This document shows positions 28,248-38,393 of a stretch of DNA of 64,000 bases, in pieces. The stretch is from an uncultured Pelagibacteraceae bacterium (GTDB lineage: Bacteria; Pseudomonadota; Alphaproteobacteria; Pelagibacterales; AG-422-B15). Position 1 is the stretch's first letter; the number at the start of each line of letters is the position of its first letter. The DNA is taken from positions 4,095 to 68,094 of the forward strand of contig CACGAG010000002.1 in the NCBI GenBank assembly GCA_902571005.1, in the 5' to 3' direction. The position numbers and the translations under genes were made by a program. The notes under the pieces were generated by a model. The model was given only the letters and a program-made list of their open reading frames with translations. It ran no database searches and had not been told where the DNA came from.

Positions 28248-28297
28248 CTGTAACATTAGTGTAATAAATTGCAAAATATCTGTCATAAAAATGCAAC
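28248..28297 (+). promoter_or_regulatory. Pho-box array upstream of phnC
   Basis: CTGTAAC/GTGTAAT/TTGCAAA/CTGTCAT/ATGCAAC at 10-11 bp spacing. Confidence 0.75.
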
Positions 28298-28336
28298 TTT
28301 GATTTAATTTTTTTGTATTACTTTTCATTCATACTA

Positions 28337-29140
28337 ATGATCAAAGTAGAGAAATTAAATAAGTATTTTGGTGACAACCGTGCAGTAAACGATGTCACAT
28401 TTGAAATTAATAAACCTGAAATGATTGGTATCATTGGCAGATCTGGTGCTGGAAAGTCAACATTACTGAGAATAATGAATCGTCTAACCGACGCAACTAG
28501 TGGATCTATTTTTATTGAAGGCAGAAATATACTTTCATTAACAAAGAAAGACAAACGAGCATGGCAAAAAGATTGTGCCATGATATTTCAGCAATTCAAT
28601 CTTGTGCCCCGTTTAGATGTTTTAACAAATGTAATTCTTGGAAGATCAAATATTCAAGGTACTTTACGATCAAGCTTAAAACTTTTCACTAAAGATGAAC
28701 GCGTTGATGCATTGATGGCTCTGGATAAATTGGGAATGGCTGAAACCGCGCTGCAAAGAGCAGAGACTTTATCTGGTGGACAGCAACAAAGGGTTGCAAT
28801 TTGTAGAGCTATGATGCAGCAACCAAAAATGATTTTAGCCGACGAGCCTATTGCATCGCTAGACCCTCTTAATGCCCGACTTGTAATGGAATCACTTAGA
28901 AATATTCATAGAGAAAAGCAGATTACTGTTCTTGCAAATCTTCATACTCTTGATACCGCTAAAAATTATTGTGACAGAGTCATTGGCATGAGACTTGGGG
29001 AAATTGTTTTTGATGATGTACCTTCAAGTTTAAAAGATGATGTTGCTAGAGAAATTTATGGCGCTGAAGCTGAAGAAGCATTTGAACCAACAGTTACTTC
29101 AACTTCACTTGGTGACGAACAGTTTGCAGAGGCAGGATAA
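28337..29140 (+). CDS. phnC: Phosphonate ABC transporter ATPase
   Basis: [40 protein letters not shown]. Confidence 0.95.
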   Translation: MIKVEKLNKYFGDNRAVNDVTFEINKPEMIGIIGRSGAGKSTLLRIMNRLTDATSGSIFIEGRNILSLTKKDKRAWQKDCAMIFQQFNLVPRLDVLTNVILGRSNIQGTLRSSLKLFTKDERVDALMALDKLGMAETALQRAETLSGGQQQRVAICRAMMQQPKMILADEPIASLDPLNARLVMESLRNIHREKQITVLANLHTLDTAKNYCDRVIGMRLGEIVFDDVPSSLKDDVAREIYGAEAEEAFEPTVTSTSLGDEQFAEAG

Positions 29141-29192
29141 TGTTAGCCTTTTCAAAAAAAAACTTAACAACTAACAAGGAGATATACTAAAA

Positions 29193-30152
29193 ATGATTAA
29201 AAATTTAGTAAGGTCTATTATTGCTTGTTCATTCCTTTTTGTGTCTGCAAATGCATACGCATGGGATGTATCTGGCTATAAAGGGCCAACAATGGACTTG
29301 AGTAAATATCAACCTGAAATGAGACTTGGATTTTTAGGCGATGAATCAGCTCAAGACATTATTAAGAATAATGCATGTCTAAAGGAATATGCGGAAGTTG
29401 CATATGGAGTACCAGCTAAAATTTATACTTTTAAAGATTATGCAGGAACAATGGAGTCAATGCTTGGTGGCAGCTTAGACTATGCTTGGTTTGGCTCATC
29501 AGGATATGCGGGTATATATCTAGAAGATCCTACCGCTACTGTACCAATTTTAACCAGAATGCAGCCAACAGGAGATATGGGCTATTATTCAGTCATGGTT
29601 ACAAGATCAGACTCGGGTATCAATTCACTTGATGATTTAAAAGGTAAATCTTTTGGATGGGCTGATCCTAATTCAACATCTGGTTATCTAATACCATCAA
29701 TCGAATTAAAAGCTGCAGGAATGGATCCAGACTCATACTTTGGCTCTACACAATTTTCAGGTGGTCATGAAAATAACGTTTTGGCAGTTCTTAATGGTGA
29801 TATCGATGCAGGTGTGACATGGGTATCTGGAGTTGGTGAATGGAGCGAAGGTTACTCTTCTGGAAATCTGAGAAAAATGGTTGATAAAGGACTATTAAAT
29901 ATGGATGACATCAAACAGATTTGGTCATCTGCTTTGATACCAAATGGACCGATTGTAATGCCAACTAATATGCCTGTGAGAGCGCATCAGGTCATGGTAG
30001 GCATGAAGCAGTGGATCCATGAAAATGACCCACAATGCAGCGAGAATGTTGCAAATGGAGTTGTTAAAGCTTGGGTGCCAGTCGACCATAGTTTCTATGA
30101 AACTATTGTAGCTGCTCGTAAAGCTAAAATTGAAGCTAAAAAAGCCGAATAA
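29193..30152 (+). CDS. phnD: Phosphonate ABC substrate-binding protein
   Basis: Signal peptide, GYYSV, ADPNSTSGYLIP, FSGGHE. Confidence 0.93.
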   Translation: MIKNLVRSIIACSFLFVSANAYAWDVSGYKGPTMDLSKYQPEMRLGFLGDESAQDIIKNNACLKEYAEVAYGVPAKIYTFKDYAGTMESMLGGSLDYAWFGSSGYAGIYLEDPTATVPILTRMQPTGDMGYYSVMVTRSDSGINSLDDLKGKSFGWADPNSTSGYLIPSIELKAAGMDPDSYFGSTQFSGGHENNVLAVLNGDIDAGVTWVSGVGEWSEGYSSGNLRKMVDKGLLNMDDIKQIWSSALIPNGPIVMPTNMPVRAHQVMVGMKQWIHENDPQCSENVANGVVKAWVPVDHSFYETIVAARKAKIEAKKAE

Positions 30153-30167
30153 ATTTCGGTAGTTGCT

Positions 30168-30210
30168 TGCTAACTTAAGAGGATGGCATGCCCCATCCTC
30201 TTAATTAGCA
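30168..30210 (+). other. Intercistronic stem-loop after phnD (mRNA stabiliser or attenuator)
   Basis: TTAAGAGGATGG...CCATCCTCTTAA inverted repeat, no T tract. Confidence 0.7.
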
Positions 30211-30216
30211 GTTTAT

Positions 30217-31083
30217 TTGGAGGAAACAGTGCAATCATCATTGCCAGAAAATTTAATTAAAATTGAAAATAATTTAAAATCTCTTACAAGAACAAGATCA
30301 ATTTATTCTTTTCTCTCAATTGCGGCATTGATAGCAGTTATTTATTCGGGTTTAATTGTAGCAGAAACAGGAAATGCGACTAGCATCTGGGTTGGATTAC
30401 CTAAATTTTTCGATTACCCAGTTGATCTATTTGTTGGGTCATGGGAATACGGCTATAGATGGAATTTATTGTTACTTGAATACCTTCCAGATTTAATAAG
30501 CACTATTAATATGGCTCTATTTTCAACAGCAATGGGTACGTTGCTAGCCTTTTTTTTAAGTATTTTTTCAAGTCGTAATCTAATCAAAAGTAAAACTACT
30601 GTATTAATATTTCGACGCATCATGGATATATGCAGATCGTTTCCAGAATTAGTTATTGCGCTTGTTTTGTTGTATCTACTGGGAAAGTCAGCACTGCCTG
30701 CTGTAATTGCCATCATAATTCATACCGCAGGAGCTCTTGGCAAATTGTTTTCAGAAGCTATTGAGAATGTCGACAAAAATCCAATTGAAGGTCTTGAGTC
30801 CTGTGGAGCTTCATGGTTTACCAGAATAAGATTTGGTGTGGTAACTCAGGCACTCCCTCTATTTCTAACTTACACAATTTTAAGATTTGAAATTAATATA
30901 AGGGCTTCAACTATTTTGGGATTTGTTGGCGCTGGAGGTATCGGTGAGCAACTTTACACTAATATACAGTGGAAATATGAAGCTGACACTATTGCAATAA
31001 TGTTTTTACTTGTGTCTACGATCATTGCATTGGATTACTTATCAAGTTATTGGCGAAAATCATTAATAGGATTGAAATCATGA
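30217..31083 (+). CDS. phnE: Phosphonate ABC permease (start may be GTG 30229)
   Basis: RSFPELV, GKLFSEAIE, FEINIRASTILG.VGAGGIG. Confidence 0.93.
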   Translation: MEETVQSSLPENLIKIENNLKSLTRTRSIYSFLSIAALIAVIYSGLIVAETGNATSIWVGLPKFFDYPVDLFVGSWEYGYRWNLLLLEYLPDLISTINMALFSTAMGTLLAFFLSIFSSRNLIKSKTTVLIFRRIMDICRSFPELVIALVLLYLLGKSALPAVIAIIIHTAGALGKLFSEAIENVDKNPIEGLESCGASWFTRIRFGVVTQALPLFLTYTILRFEINIRASTILGFVGAGGIGEQLYTNIQWKYEADTIAIMFLLVSTIIALDYLSSYWRKSLIGLKS

Positions 31084-32489
31084 ACAGGTCTGAAATTATT
31101 AAAAATTATTCAGATATAGTAGTTACTAAATTTTCATCTAAAATGTGGTCAACTTTTTTAGTGCTCGGGATTATAGTGTATTTAATCATAGCAATTTTAA
31201 GCCTCGACATATTTCAGATTCATAAAAAATGGAGTCCTGAAAGAGCTTCATTGTTTGCCCTCGACACATATGCACATAAAGACCATGTCACAATGAAATG
31301 GAGTGAACCAGATGATATAATTATATCCTTTGAAGGAAGCAGATGGTCTCAGTATGTTGGCCCCTATCAAAAAAGTGACGGTCTTCCAGAAAGGTATCCT
31401 GAATGGACTTCCATAGGTCCAGAGGGTGAAACAAAAATAAGTTTTAAAAATGGAGGGTTTGCAAATCTATACGATGATAAAGTTACAATAGAAAACTGGC
31501 CAGACACCAAAGAAACACTTGTTTTTCGTCTTGATGCACAAGGTAAGCCTTACGTTGAAAATGTAGATAATCTCCCAAAATGGATAAGGGTAACGGAAAA
31601 TAAAATAGAGGTTAGACCATCTCTTTACGAAAGAGTTCAAGTTTATTCAAAAAAAGTTGAAGTACATAGGTACAATCTTGGTTGGAACTATTTCTGGTTT
31701 GACTTTGACAGTCCTTTAGAACCATATGGAATTTGGAATGCTATTTCACTTTCATTCTCAGGCGATAGAGTTGACCCCAATATTTCAAATTTTTCGCTTC
31801 TAATTCAAGAATTTCTAAATAATGATATGTGGCATCATGGACAAATATTGTGGGCTTTATTAGAGACAATTTTTATGGCTCTATTGGGCACCCTACTAGC
31901 AGCTCTTCTGGGTTTTCCTCTGGCATTTTTTGCAGCTTACAATGTAACGCCTTTTAAATTTGTTCGAACGATATTAAGACGGTTATTTGATACATTAAGA
32001 GGCATCGATTTTTTGATTTGGAGCTTAATTTTTTTAAGAGCCTTCGGACCAGGACCATTTACTGGAATATTTGCTATTGCAATTACAGATACAGGAACTC
32101 TTGGAAAATTAATGTCTGAAGCAATAGAAAACACTGAAGAAAAGCAACAAGAAGGTGTAGAGTCTACGGGAGCGAATAAAACTCTTCAACACAGATTTGG
32201 AATTATACCTCAAATACTTCCTATTTTTATTTCCCAAACTCTTTACTACTTAGAATCAAACACGAGAGGAGCTGTTATTATAGGTGCCATGGGCGCAGGC
32301 GGCATAGGTTTACAATTACTTGGAGCAATAAATACGGGTACCAGTTGGGAAAATGTTATGTATATGTCATTATTGATTTTAGGAGTTGTTATTTTCATGG
32401 ATACAATGTCCGCAAAAGTAAGAAGAGCTTTGATTGGTGATGAAACGCTAGGAGCAGAATTACAATTGGCAAAAATGGCAAAAAAATAA
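31080..32489 (+). CDS. phnE: Phosphonate ABC permease with a large soluble insertion
   Basis: GKLMSEAIE, LESNTR.A.IIG..GAGGIG; ATGA overlap with the first phnE. Confidence 0.9.
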   Translation: MNRSEIIKNYSDIVVTKFSSKMWSTFLVLGIIVYLIIAILSLDIFQIHKKWSPERASLFALDTYAHKDHVTMKWSEPDDIIISFEGSRWSQYVGPYQKSDGLPERYPEWTSIGPEGETKISFKNGGFANLYDDKVTIENWPDTKETLVFRLDAQGKPYVENVDNLPKWIRVTENKIEVRPSLYERVQVYSKKVEVHRYNLGWNYFWFDFDSPLEPYGIWNAISLSFSGDRVDPNISNFSLLIQEFLNNDMWHHGQILWALLETIFMALLGTLLAALLGFPLAFFAAYNVTPFKFVRTILRRLFDTLRGIDFLIWSLIFLRAFGPGPFTGIFAIAITDTGTLGKLMSEAIENTEEKQQEGVESTGANKTLQHRFGIIPQILPIFISQTLYYLESNTRGAVIIGAMGAGGIGLQLLGAINTGTSWENVMYMSLLILGVVIFMDTMSAKVRRALIGDETLGAELQLAKMAKK

Positions 32490-32542
32490 TTTTTTTTTTG
32501 AGATCTTAATATTTTTTTAACAATCTATTTGTATCATTAATT

Positions 32543-32980
32543 ATGATCAAATTTATTCAATTCTTTTTAATAACGTCGTACATGTTATCATTTCTTGCTC
32601 TTGCAGACAGTCATGAAGACAATACAATTGGGCAAGCTGGAAATGACTATTCTACCAATACTGAAAGTACATACGAGAGCAATATAGGAAACTGTGAAGA
32701 TTTAAGTGTATTAACGCTCCGTGGATCAGTTAAAAACGATATACAGCGAGCTGACCCAGATTCAGCAACGAAAGCACATAATTTAATGCTTGAAGGAATG
32801 GAATTGTGTAATAAAAATCAAAACGTCCTTGCAAAAATGAAATTGAAAGAGGCTCAAACTATAGCGAGAGAAGGCAATGTTGCCGGACAAGATATGAGAA
32901 TTGGAATTGTTAATGAGTTAGACGAACTGCAAGAAGAGACAGAAAATGAAAAAGAAAAGTCATGGTGGCAGATTTTTTAA
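32543..32980 (+). CDS. Hypothetical exported acidic protein
   Basis: Signal peptide ending ALA, two Cys, C-terminal KSWWQIF. Confidence 0.7.
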   Translation: MIKFIQFFLITSYMLSFLALADSHEDNTIGQAGNDYSTNTESTYESNIGNCEDLSVLTLRGSVKNDIQRADPDSATKAHNLMLEGMELCNKNQNVLAKMKLKEAQTIAREGNVAGQDMRIGIVNELDELQEETENEKEKSWWQIF

Positions 32981-33325
32981 CTACACCTCTTCTAATAACG
33001 TACAAAAGCCAGGATCACTACCATTAAAAAAAGTTTCTAAATTAGAAGAACAGTGATTAATCACACATTGGTCTGACTCATAAAAATAATCATCAATATT
33101 TTTAGCTGATTTAATATTCTGCAACATACAAAGACTATACTCATTGAAGTTACTGCTAGGATGAGTATTAAAATATATTTCACAATTAATTATTGTCTCA
33201 TCGTACCCTATTTCTAGAGATGAAGTGTTTTGAAAGTAAGCTATACAACTCTTAAAGTCGTCAGCATAGATGTTTGTGCTCAGCAGAATTTTAAAAATGA
33301 ACATTAAAAGCACGAATCGTTTCAT
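32981..33325 (-). CDS. Hypothetical exported protein with six Cys
   Basis: Signal peptide ending IYA; 6 Cys in 114 aa. Confidence 0.65.
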   Translation of the reverse strand: MKRFVLLMFIFKILLSTNIYADDFKSCIAYFQNTSSLEIGYDETIINCEIYFNTHPSSNFNEYSLCMLQNIKSAKNIDDYFYESDQCVINHCSSNLETFFNGSDPGFCTLLEEV

Positions 33326-33362
33326 GTAATATTATTGTAATATTTCTTAACATTTTTGTAAT
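33324..33362 (+). promoter_or_regulatory. Pho-box-like array upstream of the MFS gene
   Basis: ATGTAAT/TTGTAAT/TCTTAAC/TTGTAAT at 10-11 bp spacing. Confidence 0.5.
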
Positions 33363-33457
33363 ATTTAAAAATTGGTAAACAATCTATTTTTTAACTATTG
33401 TAAAAATAACAAATTTATTCAATGACTTATAAAAATAAATACTAAACAGGCATCAAG

Positions 33458-34672
33458 TTGAAAGAAAATAATAGTTTATTTCCTGTTCATACTATTGGAA
33501 TTGTAACAATCATTGGTTACGGATTTTTATTCTATACTATTGCCCCATTAAAAGAGTATATCTCACTGCACACCAATTTAAGTGAGGAATTAATTCTCAC
33601 AATGTTTAGTTTAGCACTGTTATTTCAAGCCCTATTAGCGCCTCGGATTGGAAAATGGTCAGACCATCATGGAAGCCTAATCGTAATTAAATATGGCCTG
33701 TTATTAGGTATGATAGGCTCAATTTTTATTGGAATAACAGAGGTTGATTTATTTATTTTCAAAAATGTATTGTGGGTGTTTATTTCTATGTTTCTAATTA
33801 CCTTGGGGCTTGGTATGTCAACCTATGAAGTAGCGTTTAATGCAGCAGTCCAAATGGATGAAATCAATTCTAGAAAAAATATTTCAATAATTACTTTTTA
33901 TGGAGCGGTAGCAAGCACTATTACCTGGCTTTCAATTTATCCACTTATTTACAATGTAGGCTTATTCTATACGTGTTTATTTATTTCAATTATTTTATTA
34001 ATTGGCTATGTACTTGTGTCCTCAAAGGAAATGAAATACAAATCAAATATAGAATACTTAAATGAAAGTAAGTTATTATTTAATTGGAATGAGCTAAATA
34101 AGACTCAAAAAAAATCATTTTTTTACATTACAATATCCTCTTCTTTACAAAATTTTTTTTTTGTAGCATTCACCCTAGCATTGGTAAATTTTTTTACAGA
34201 AACATTTAATGACATTAGTATCGCGGTTTTACTTGCGAGTATATATGGCCCGTTTCAACTTGTAGGAAGATACTTGGAGATGAAAATTGGAAAGCATTAC
34301 GACGCAAGATATACAGGCTTAATAGCCTTTTTGTTTGTAATTTTTTCAATTTTTACAGCTCAATTTACAAATAATATTTCTGTTGCCGCAATTAGTATGG
34401 CTTTTTTCGGGATGGGTCACGGTGTTTTAACAATAACATATGGTTATGTCACCAATATGTATTTTGAGTCACAAATTTATGGCCAAGCTAAAGGGTGGAT
34501 GGCCCTTTCAAGGAGCATTAGCTTTGCCGTAGGTCCAGCAGTAGGTGCATTTCTTTTTGCGTATAATTTAAACTTATTTACGATTACGATTGTAATAACT
34601 GCAATCTTATCAGCGTTTTCTTTCTTACTAATAATTTTCGAGAAACCTACAAATCAAATGCACGAATTATAA
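33458..34672 (+). CDS. MFS transporter, ArsK/YbfB-like subfamily
   Basis: ~12 TM; IIGYG..FY, APRIGKWSD, YEVAF, ASTI.W, GPFQLVGR. Confidence 0.75.
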   Translation: MKENNSLFPVHTIGIVTIIGYGFLFYTIAPLKEYISLHTNLSEELILTMFSLALLFQALLAPRIGKWSDHHGSLIVIKYGLLLGMIGSIFIGITEVDLFIFKNVLWVFISMFLITLGLGMSTYEVAFNAAVQMDEINSRKNISIITFYGAVASTITWLSIYPLIYNVGLFYTCLFISIILLIGYVLVSSKEMKYKSNIEYLNESKLLFNWNELNKTQKKSFFYITISSSLQNFFFVAFTLALVNFFTETFNDISIAVLLASIYGPFQLVGRYLEMKIGKHYDARYTGLIAFLFVIFSIFTAQFTNNISVAAISMAFFGMGHGVLTITYGYVTNMYFESQIYGQAKGWMALSRSISFAVGPAVGAFLFAYNLNLFTITIVITAILSAFSFLLIIFEKPTNQMHEL

Positions 34673-35368
34673 TTTGCTTATTTCTAACTGAATTTTACTT
34701 CCAACAAAATAACTATCACTTATCTCAATTGGTTTGTTATTAATATCTGTATTTATTGCTTTTGTATGTATTAATGGGTCTCCGACATTAATTTTTAAAT
34801 ATTTGGATTGTACATTATTCGCGCTCTCTGCTGATACTGTTGTTTTTTTTCTATATATTTTTTTTAATCCATATTTATTAAAGGACAATGTCATAGAGCC
34901 AGTTTTACGAAAAAATAAATCAAAATTTTTAAATCTTTTTTCTGGGACTAATCTTTCTGTTAAAATAAGTGGAATACCATTAGCTTTAGAGATTGTATAA
35001 ATATAGAAAACTGAATCATTTTTTTTTAAATTAAATTCTCTTATTTCATTGCTGTACCCTTTTCTCTTATCTATAGAAATAATATCTACAGCAATATCAG
35101 TAGTCTCTTGATTTAAATTCTGTGATGCCCTTACTGTTTTTCCGATTTTATAATTTATTTTCTTAGAGTTAAGAAAATATCCTAAACCTCTTCTCGAATA
35201 AATGATATTTTCTTTTTTAAGGGCCTCGATTCCACGTCTAACTGTATGCCTATTCACCTTAAAAAGCTTAGCATAATAGTTTTCAGAATAGATTTTTTCC
35301 CCTAATCGAAGCTTACGATTAATAATATCTTTTTTTATTGAGTCCCTTATTTCTTCCCAGGCAAACAT
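34667..35368 (-). CDS. phnF: GntR/HutC-family regulator PhnF
   Basis: F.VNRHTVRR HTH, UTRA domain; divergent from phnG. Confidence 0.85.
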   Translation of the reverse strand: MFAWEEIRDSIKKDIINRKLRLGEKIYSENYYAKLFKVNRHTVRRGIEALKKENIIYSRRGLGYFLNSKKINYKIGKTVRASQNLNQETTDIAVDIISIDKRKGYSNEIREFNLKKNDSVFYIYTISKANGIPLILTERLVPEKRFKNFDLFFRKTGSMTLSFNKYGLKKIYRKKTTVSAESANNVQSKYLKINVGDPLIHTKAINTDINNKPIEISDSYFVGSKIQLEISKL

Positions 35369-35433
35369 TTAGTTATTGTAACATAATTTTAATAAATAAA
35401 TTGAAACGAATCGTCATAATTATTATAGTATAC

Positions 35434-35450
35434 TTGTATAGTTGTATAGA
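35434..35450. promoter_or_regulatory. Probable PhnF operator
   Basis: TTGTATAG-TTGTATAG-A direct repeat just upstream of phnG; resembles HutC-subfamily GT.TA sites. Confidence 0.6.
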
Positions 35451-35455
35451 TTAAT

Positions 35456-35887
35456 ATGGAAAGAAAATTTTGGCTTAGTACATTGGCTACATGCAATGAT
35501 GCCCACCTAACTTCTCTTTGGGAAAAATTTGGTATTGAGGTAAATTTCACATGGCTTAGAAAACCGGAAATAGGCAGTATAATGTGTCAAGGAAAAATTG
35601 GAGTAACAGGAAATAATTTCAATTTTGGTGAAGTTACTATTACCCGTTGTCAATTGAAAACCTCACAAGGAAAAATTGGTCACGGATACGTGCAAGGAAG
35701 AAATAAATATAAGGCTGAAATTGTTGCTATATGCGATGCTTTACTGCAAACAAATAAAAGAGATTTTTTAATCAAAAATATAATACGCCCTCTAGTTGTA
35801 AGCGATAAAAATTTAAAAAAAGATGTAATGTCAAAATCAGAGTCAACAGCTGTCGATTTCTTTACATTGGTGCGAGGTGAAACTTGA
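35456..35887 (+). CDS. phnG: C-P lyase subunit
   Basis: LRKPEIG, FNFGEVTITRC, AICDALLQ, VDFFTLVRGE. Confidence 0.93.
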   Translation: MERKFWLSTLATCNDAHLTSLWEKFGIEVNFTWLRKPEIGSIMCQGKIGVTGNNFNFGEVTITRCQLKTSQGKIGHGYVQGRNKYKAEIVAICDALLQTNKRDFLIKNIIRPLVVSDKNLKKDVMSKSESTAVDFFTLVRGET

Positions 35888-36443
35888 AATGATTAATACA
35901 AATGAAAACGAGTCTATTATAAAAGCCGATGCATTCAGAGCTATATTGTTTGCAACTTCTTATCCTGGATCAATTGAAAAGTTTTTAGAGATAAATAAAC
36001 CTAAACAAATTTCTACATCTTCAGCTACTATTTTGTCCACTATGTGCGATCACACCAGCGCCATTTATATTGGAAAATCATTAGACACTAAATCCTTAAG
36101 AGATTGGGTAGCCTTTCATACAAACTCTAAAATAGTAGATAAAAAATTTGCAAATTTTGCAATTGGTACTTTCAATGACATGTTGCCCCTTACAGAATTC
36201 TCTAGAGGATCAGACGAGTTTCCGGATAGATCATGTACATTAATAATTGAGACACCATTTAAATCAGACAATGTAAGTATTTCGGGGCCCGGTATCAAAG
36301 GTAGCAAAGATATCTACTTACCTCATGCGAATAAAATAAGTGATGTAAATAACTACTTCCCCCTTGGTATAGATTTCTATTTTACCAATAAAAGCAATTT
36401 TTTTTGCATTCCAAGATCAATAAAAATTAAAAAGAAAGGATAG
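35877..36443 (+). CDS. phnH: C-P lyase subunit
   Basis: GSDEFPDRSCTLII, SGPGIKG, FPLGID, IPRS. Confidence 0.9.
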   Translation: MKLEMINTNENESIIKADAFRAILFATSYPGSIEKFLEINKPKQISTSSATILSTMCDHTSAIYIGKSLDTKSLRDWVAFHTNSKIVDKKFANFAIGTFNDMLPLTEFSRGSDEFPDRSCTLIIETPFKSDNVSISGPGIKGSKDIYLPHANKISDVNNYFPLGIDFYFTNKSNFFCIPRSIKIKKKG

Positions 36444-36448
36444 TTTCT

Positions 36449-37519
36449 ATGTATGTAGCTGTTAAAGGTGGTGAAAAAGCAATTGAAAATGCTCATAATT
36501 GGCTTTCAGAAATAAGGAGGGGTGATGTTAATGTTCCCAACCTCGAAATTGATCAAATTAAAGAACAGTTGACATTGTCTGTTGAAAGGGTCATGTCAGA
36601 AGGATCATTATATGATACTGATCTAGCAGCTCTCGCCATAAAACAATCAAGAGGTGACCTTATTGAAGCCATCTTCTTAATCAGGGCCTATCGTACAACT
36701 CTACCAAGATTTGGAACATCCCCCCCTATTAAAACAGAAGATATGGTATGCATGAGAAGAATCTCAGCAACTTATAAAGATATTCCCGGAAAACAAAAAT
36801 TGGGGCCTACATTTGATTATACACACAGACTTTTAGACTTTAGTTTACTGGCTGAAGGCAATATACCTAAGGCAGAAAAACGAAAAGTATTAAAGGAAAA
36901 AATACCTCACGTACTGAGATTTTTAAATAAAGAAGGCCTTATTCAAAAAGAAAAAAATAATAATTATCAGCCAAAAGACATCACAAGAAATCCACTTGAG
37001 TTTCCAGCTAATAGAAGTGAGAGGTTACAATCACTTTCTAGAGCCGATGAAGGATTTCTTCTTGCTTTAGCTTATTCAACTCAAAGAGGCTACGCTAGAA
37101 ATCATGCTTTTGTAGGTGAATTAAGAATTGGTTATGTAAAAGTTAAGTACAACATTCCAGAATTAGACATTGAGATCGATATTGCAGAAATAATTGTTAC
37201 TGAGTGCGAGAGTGTAAATCAATTTCAAGGAAGCAAAAAAACACCCGCACAATTTACACGAGGATATGGATTGACATTTGGTCAATTAGAAAGAAAGGCA
37301 GTATCAATGGCCCTAGTCGATAGGGCATTAAGGTGGAAAGAAATTGGTGAAGAGTTTGTCGGAGCTCCTGCTCAGGATGAAGAGTTTGTATTGTCACATT
37401 GTGATAATATACAGGCAACTGGGTTTTTGGAACATTTAAAGTTACCCCATTATGTTGATTTTCAATCAGAGCTGGAATTGGTTAGAAGAATTCGTAAAGA
37501 GTATGAGAAAAACAAATAA
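36449..37519 (+). CDS. phnI: C-P lyase subunit
   Basis: MYVAVKGGE.AI, RAYRTTLPR, HLKLPHYVDFQSEL. Confidence 0.97.
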   Translation: MYVAVKGGEKAIENAHNWLSEIRRGDVNVPNLEIDQIKEQLTLSVERVMSEGSLYDTDLAALAIKQSRGDLIEAIFLIRAYRTTLPRFGTSPPIKTEDMVCMRRISATYKDIPGKQKLGPTFDYTHRLLDFSLLAEGNIPKAEKRKVLKEKIPHVLRFLNKEGLIQKEKNNNYQPKDITRNPLEFPANRSERLQSLSRADEGFLLALAYSTQRGYARNHAFVGELRIGYVKVKYNIPELDIEIDIAEIIVTECESVNQFQGSKKTPAQFTRGYGLTFGQLERKAVSMALVDRALRWKEIGEEFVGAPAQDEEFVLSHCDNIQATGFLEHLKLPHYVDFQSELELVRRIRKEYEKNK

Positions 37520-38393
37520 CGTAATTAAGATTAAAGATTTCAAAGTAGACAAAGGTCTACCTTTTGATCAAGAATATAATTTTGCGTATTTAGATGAGAA
37601 TACAAAAAAAATGATAAGACGTGCAATAATAAAAGCTTTATGTATTCCAGGTTATCAGGTTCCTTTTGCCTCTAGAGAAATGCCTATGCCATATGGATGG
37701 GGAACAGGTGGAGTCCAAGTTACTGCGAGCTGCTTAACAAAAAGAGACACTTTAAAAATAATAGATCAGGGAGCTGACGATACTACCAACGCTGTATCAA
37801 TAAGAAATTTTTTCAAAAAAACTTCAAATATTAAAACTACTGAAATTACTGAAAAAGCAACACTGATACAAACTAGACATAGAATTCCTGAAACACCATT
37901 AAAAAAGAAACAAATATTTGTTTATCAGGTACCCATCCCTGAACCCTTGGCCTTTCTAGAACCTAAAGTATCTGAAACAATAAAAATGCACTCTCTTTCC
38001 GAATATGGCGCAATGCACGTAAAGCTCTATGAAGATATATCAAAAAATGGGCATATAGAAACCGCTTACGCTTATCCAGTAAAAACTAATGATCGTTATA
38101 TAATGGATCCATCCCCAATACCAAAATTTGATAATCCTAAAATGAATAACTCACCAGCGATACAGCTATTTGGTGCTGGAAGAGAACAAAGAATTTATGC
38201 TATTCCACCATATACAAAAGTTAAAAGTCTCGATTTTGAAGACTACCCATTTGACCCATTTAAAGCTGAACACGCGTGTGATATTTGTGGATCAAAGAAT
38301 ACATATTTAGATGAGATTATTGTTGATGATGCGGGAAATAAATCTTTTATTTGCTCAGATACAGATTTTTGTAATAAAAGAAAAAATAAATGA
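37503..38393 (+). CDS. phnJ: Radical-SAM C-P lyase
   Basis: YNFAYLDE, PYGWGTGG, CxxC...CSDTDFC; start probably ATG 37503. Confidence 0.97.
   Translation: MRKTNNVIKIKDFKVDKGLPFDQEYNFAYLDENTKKMIRRAIIKALCIPGYQVPFASREMPMPYGWGTGGVQVTASCLTKRDTLKIIDQGADDTTNAVSIRNFFKKTSNIKTTEITEKATLIQTRHRIPETPLKKKQIFVYQVPIPEPLAFLEPKVSETIKMHSLSEYGAMHVKLYEDISKNGHIETAYAYPVKTNDRYIMDPSPIPKFDNPKMNNSPAIQLFGAGREQRIYAIPPYTKVKSLDFEDYPFDPFKAEHACDICGSKNTYLDEIIVDDAGNKSFICSDTDFCNKRKNK

Noticed and set aside
31080-32489. Extra-long PhnE as a novelty
   Set aside because: PhnE with a large soluble insertion is familiar from marine alphaproteobacterial phn operons
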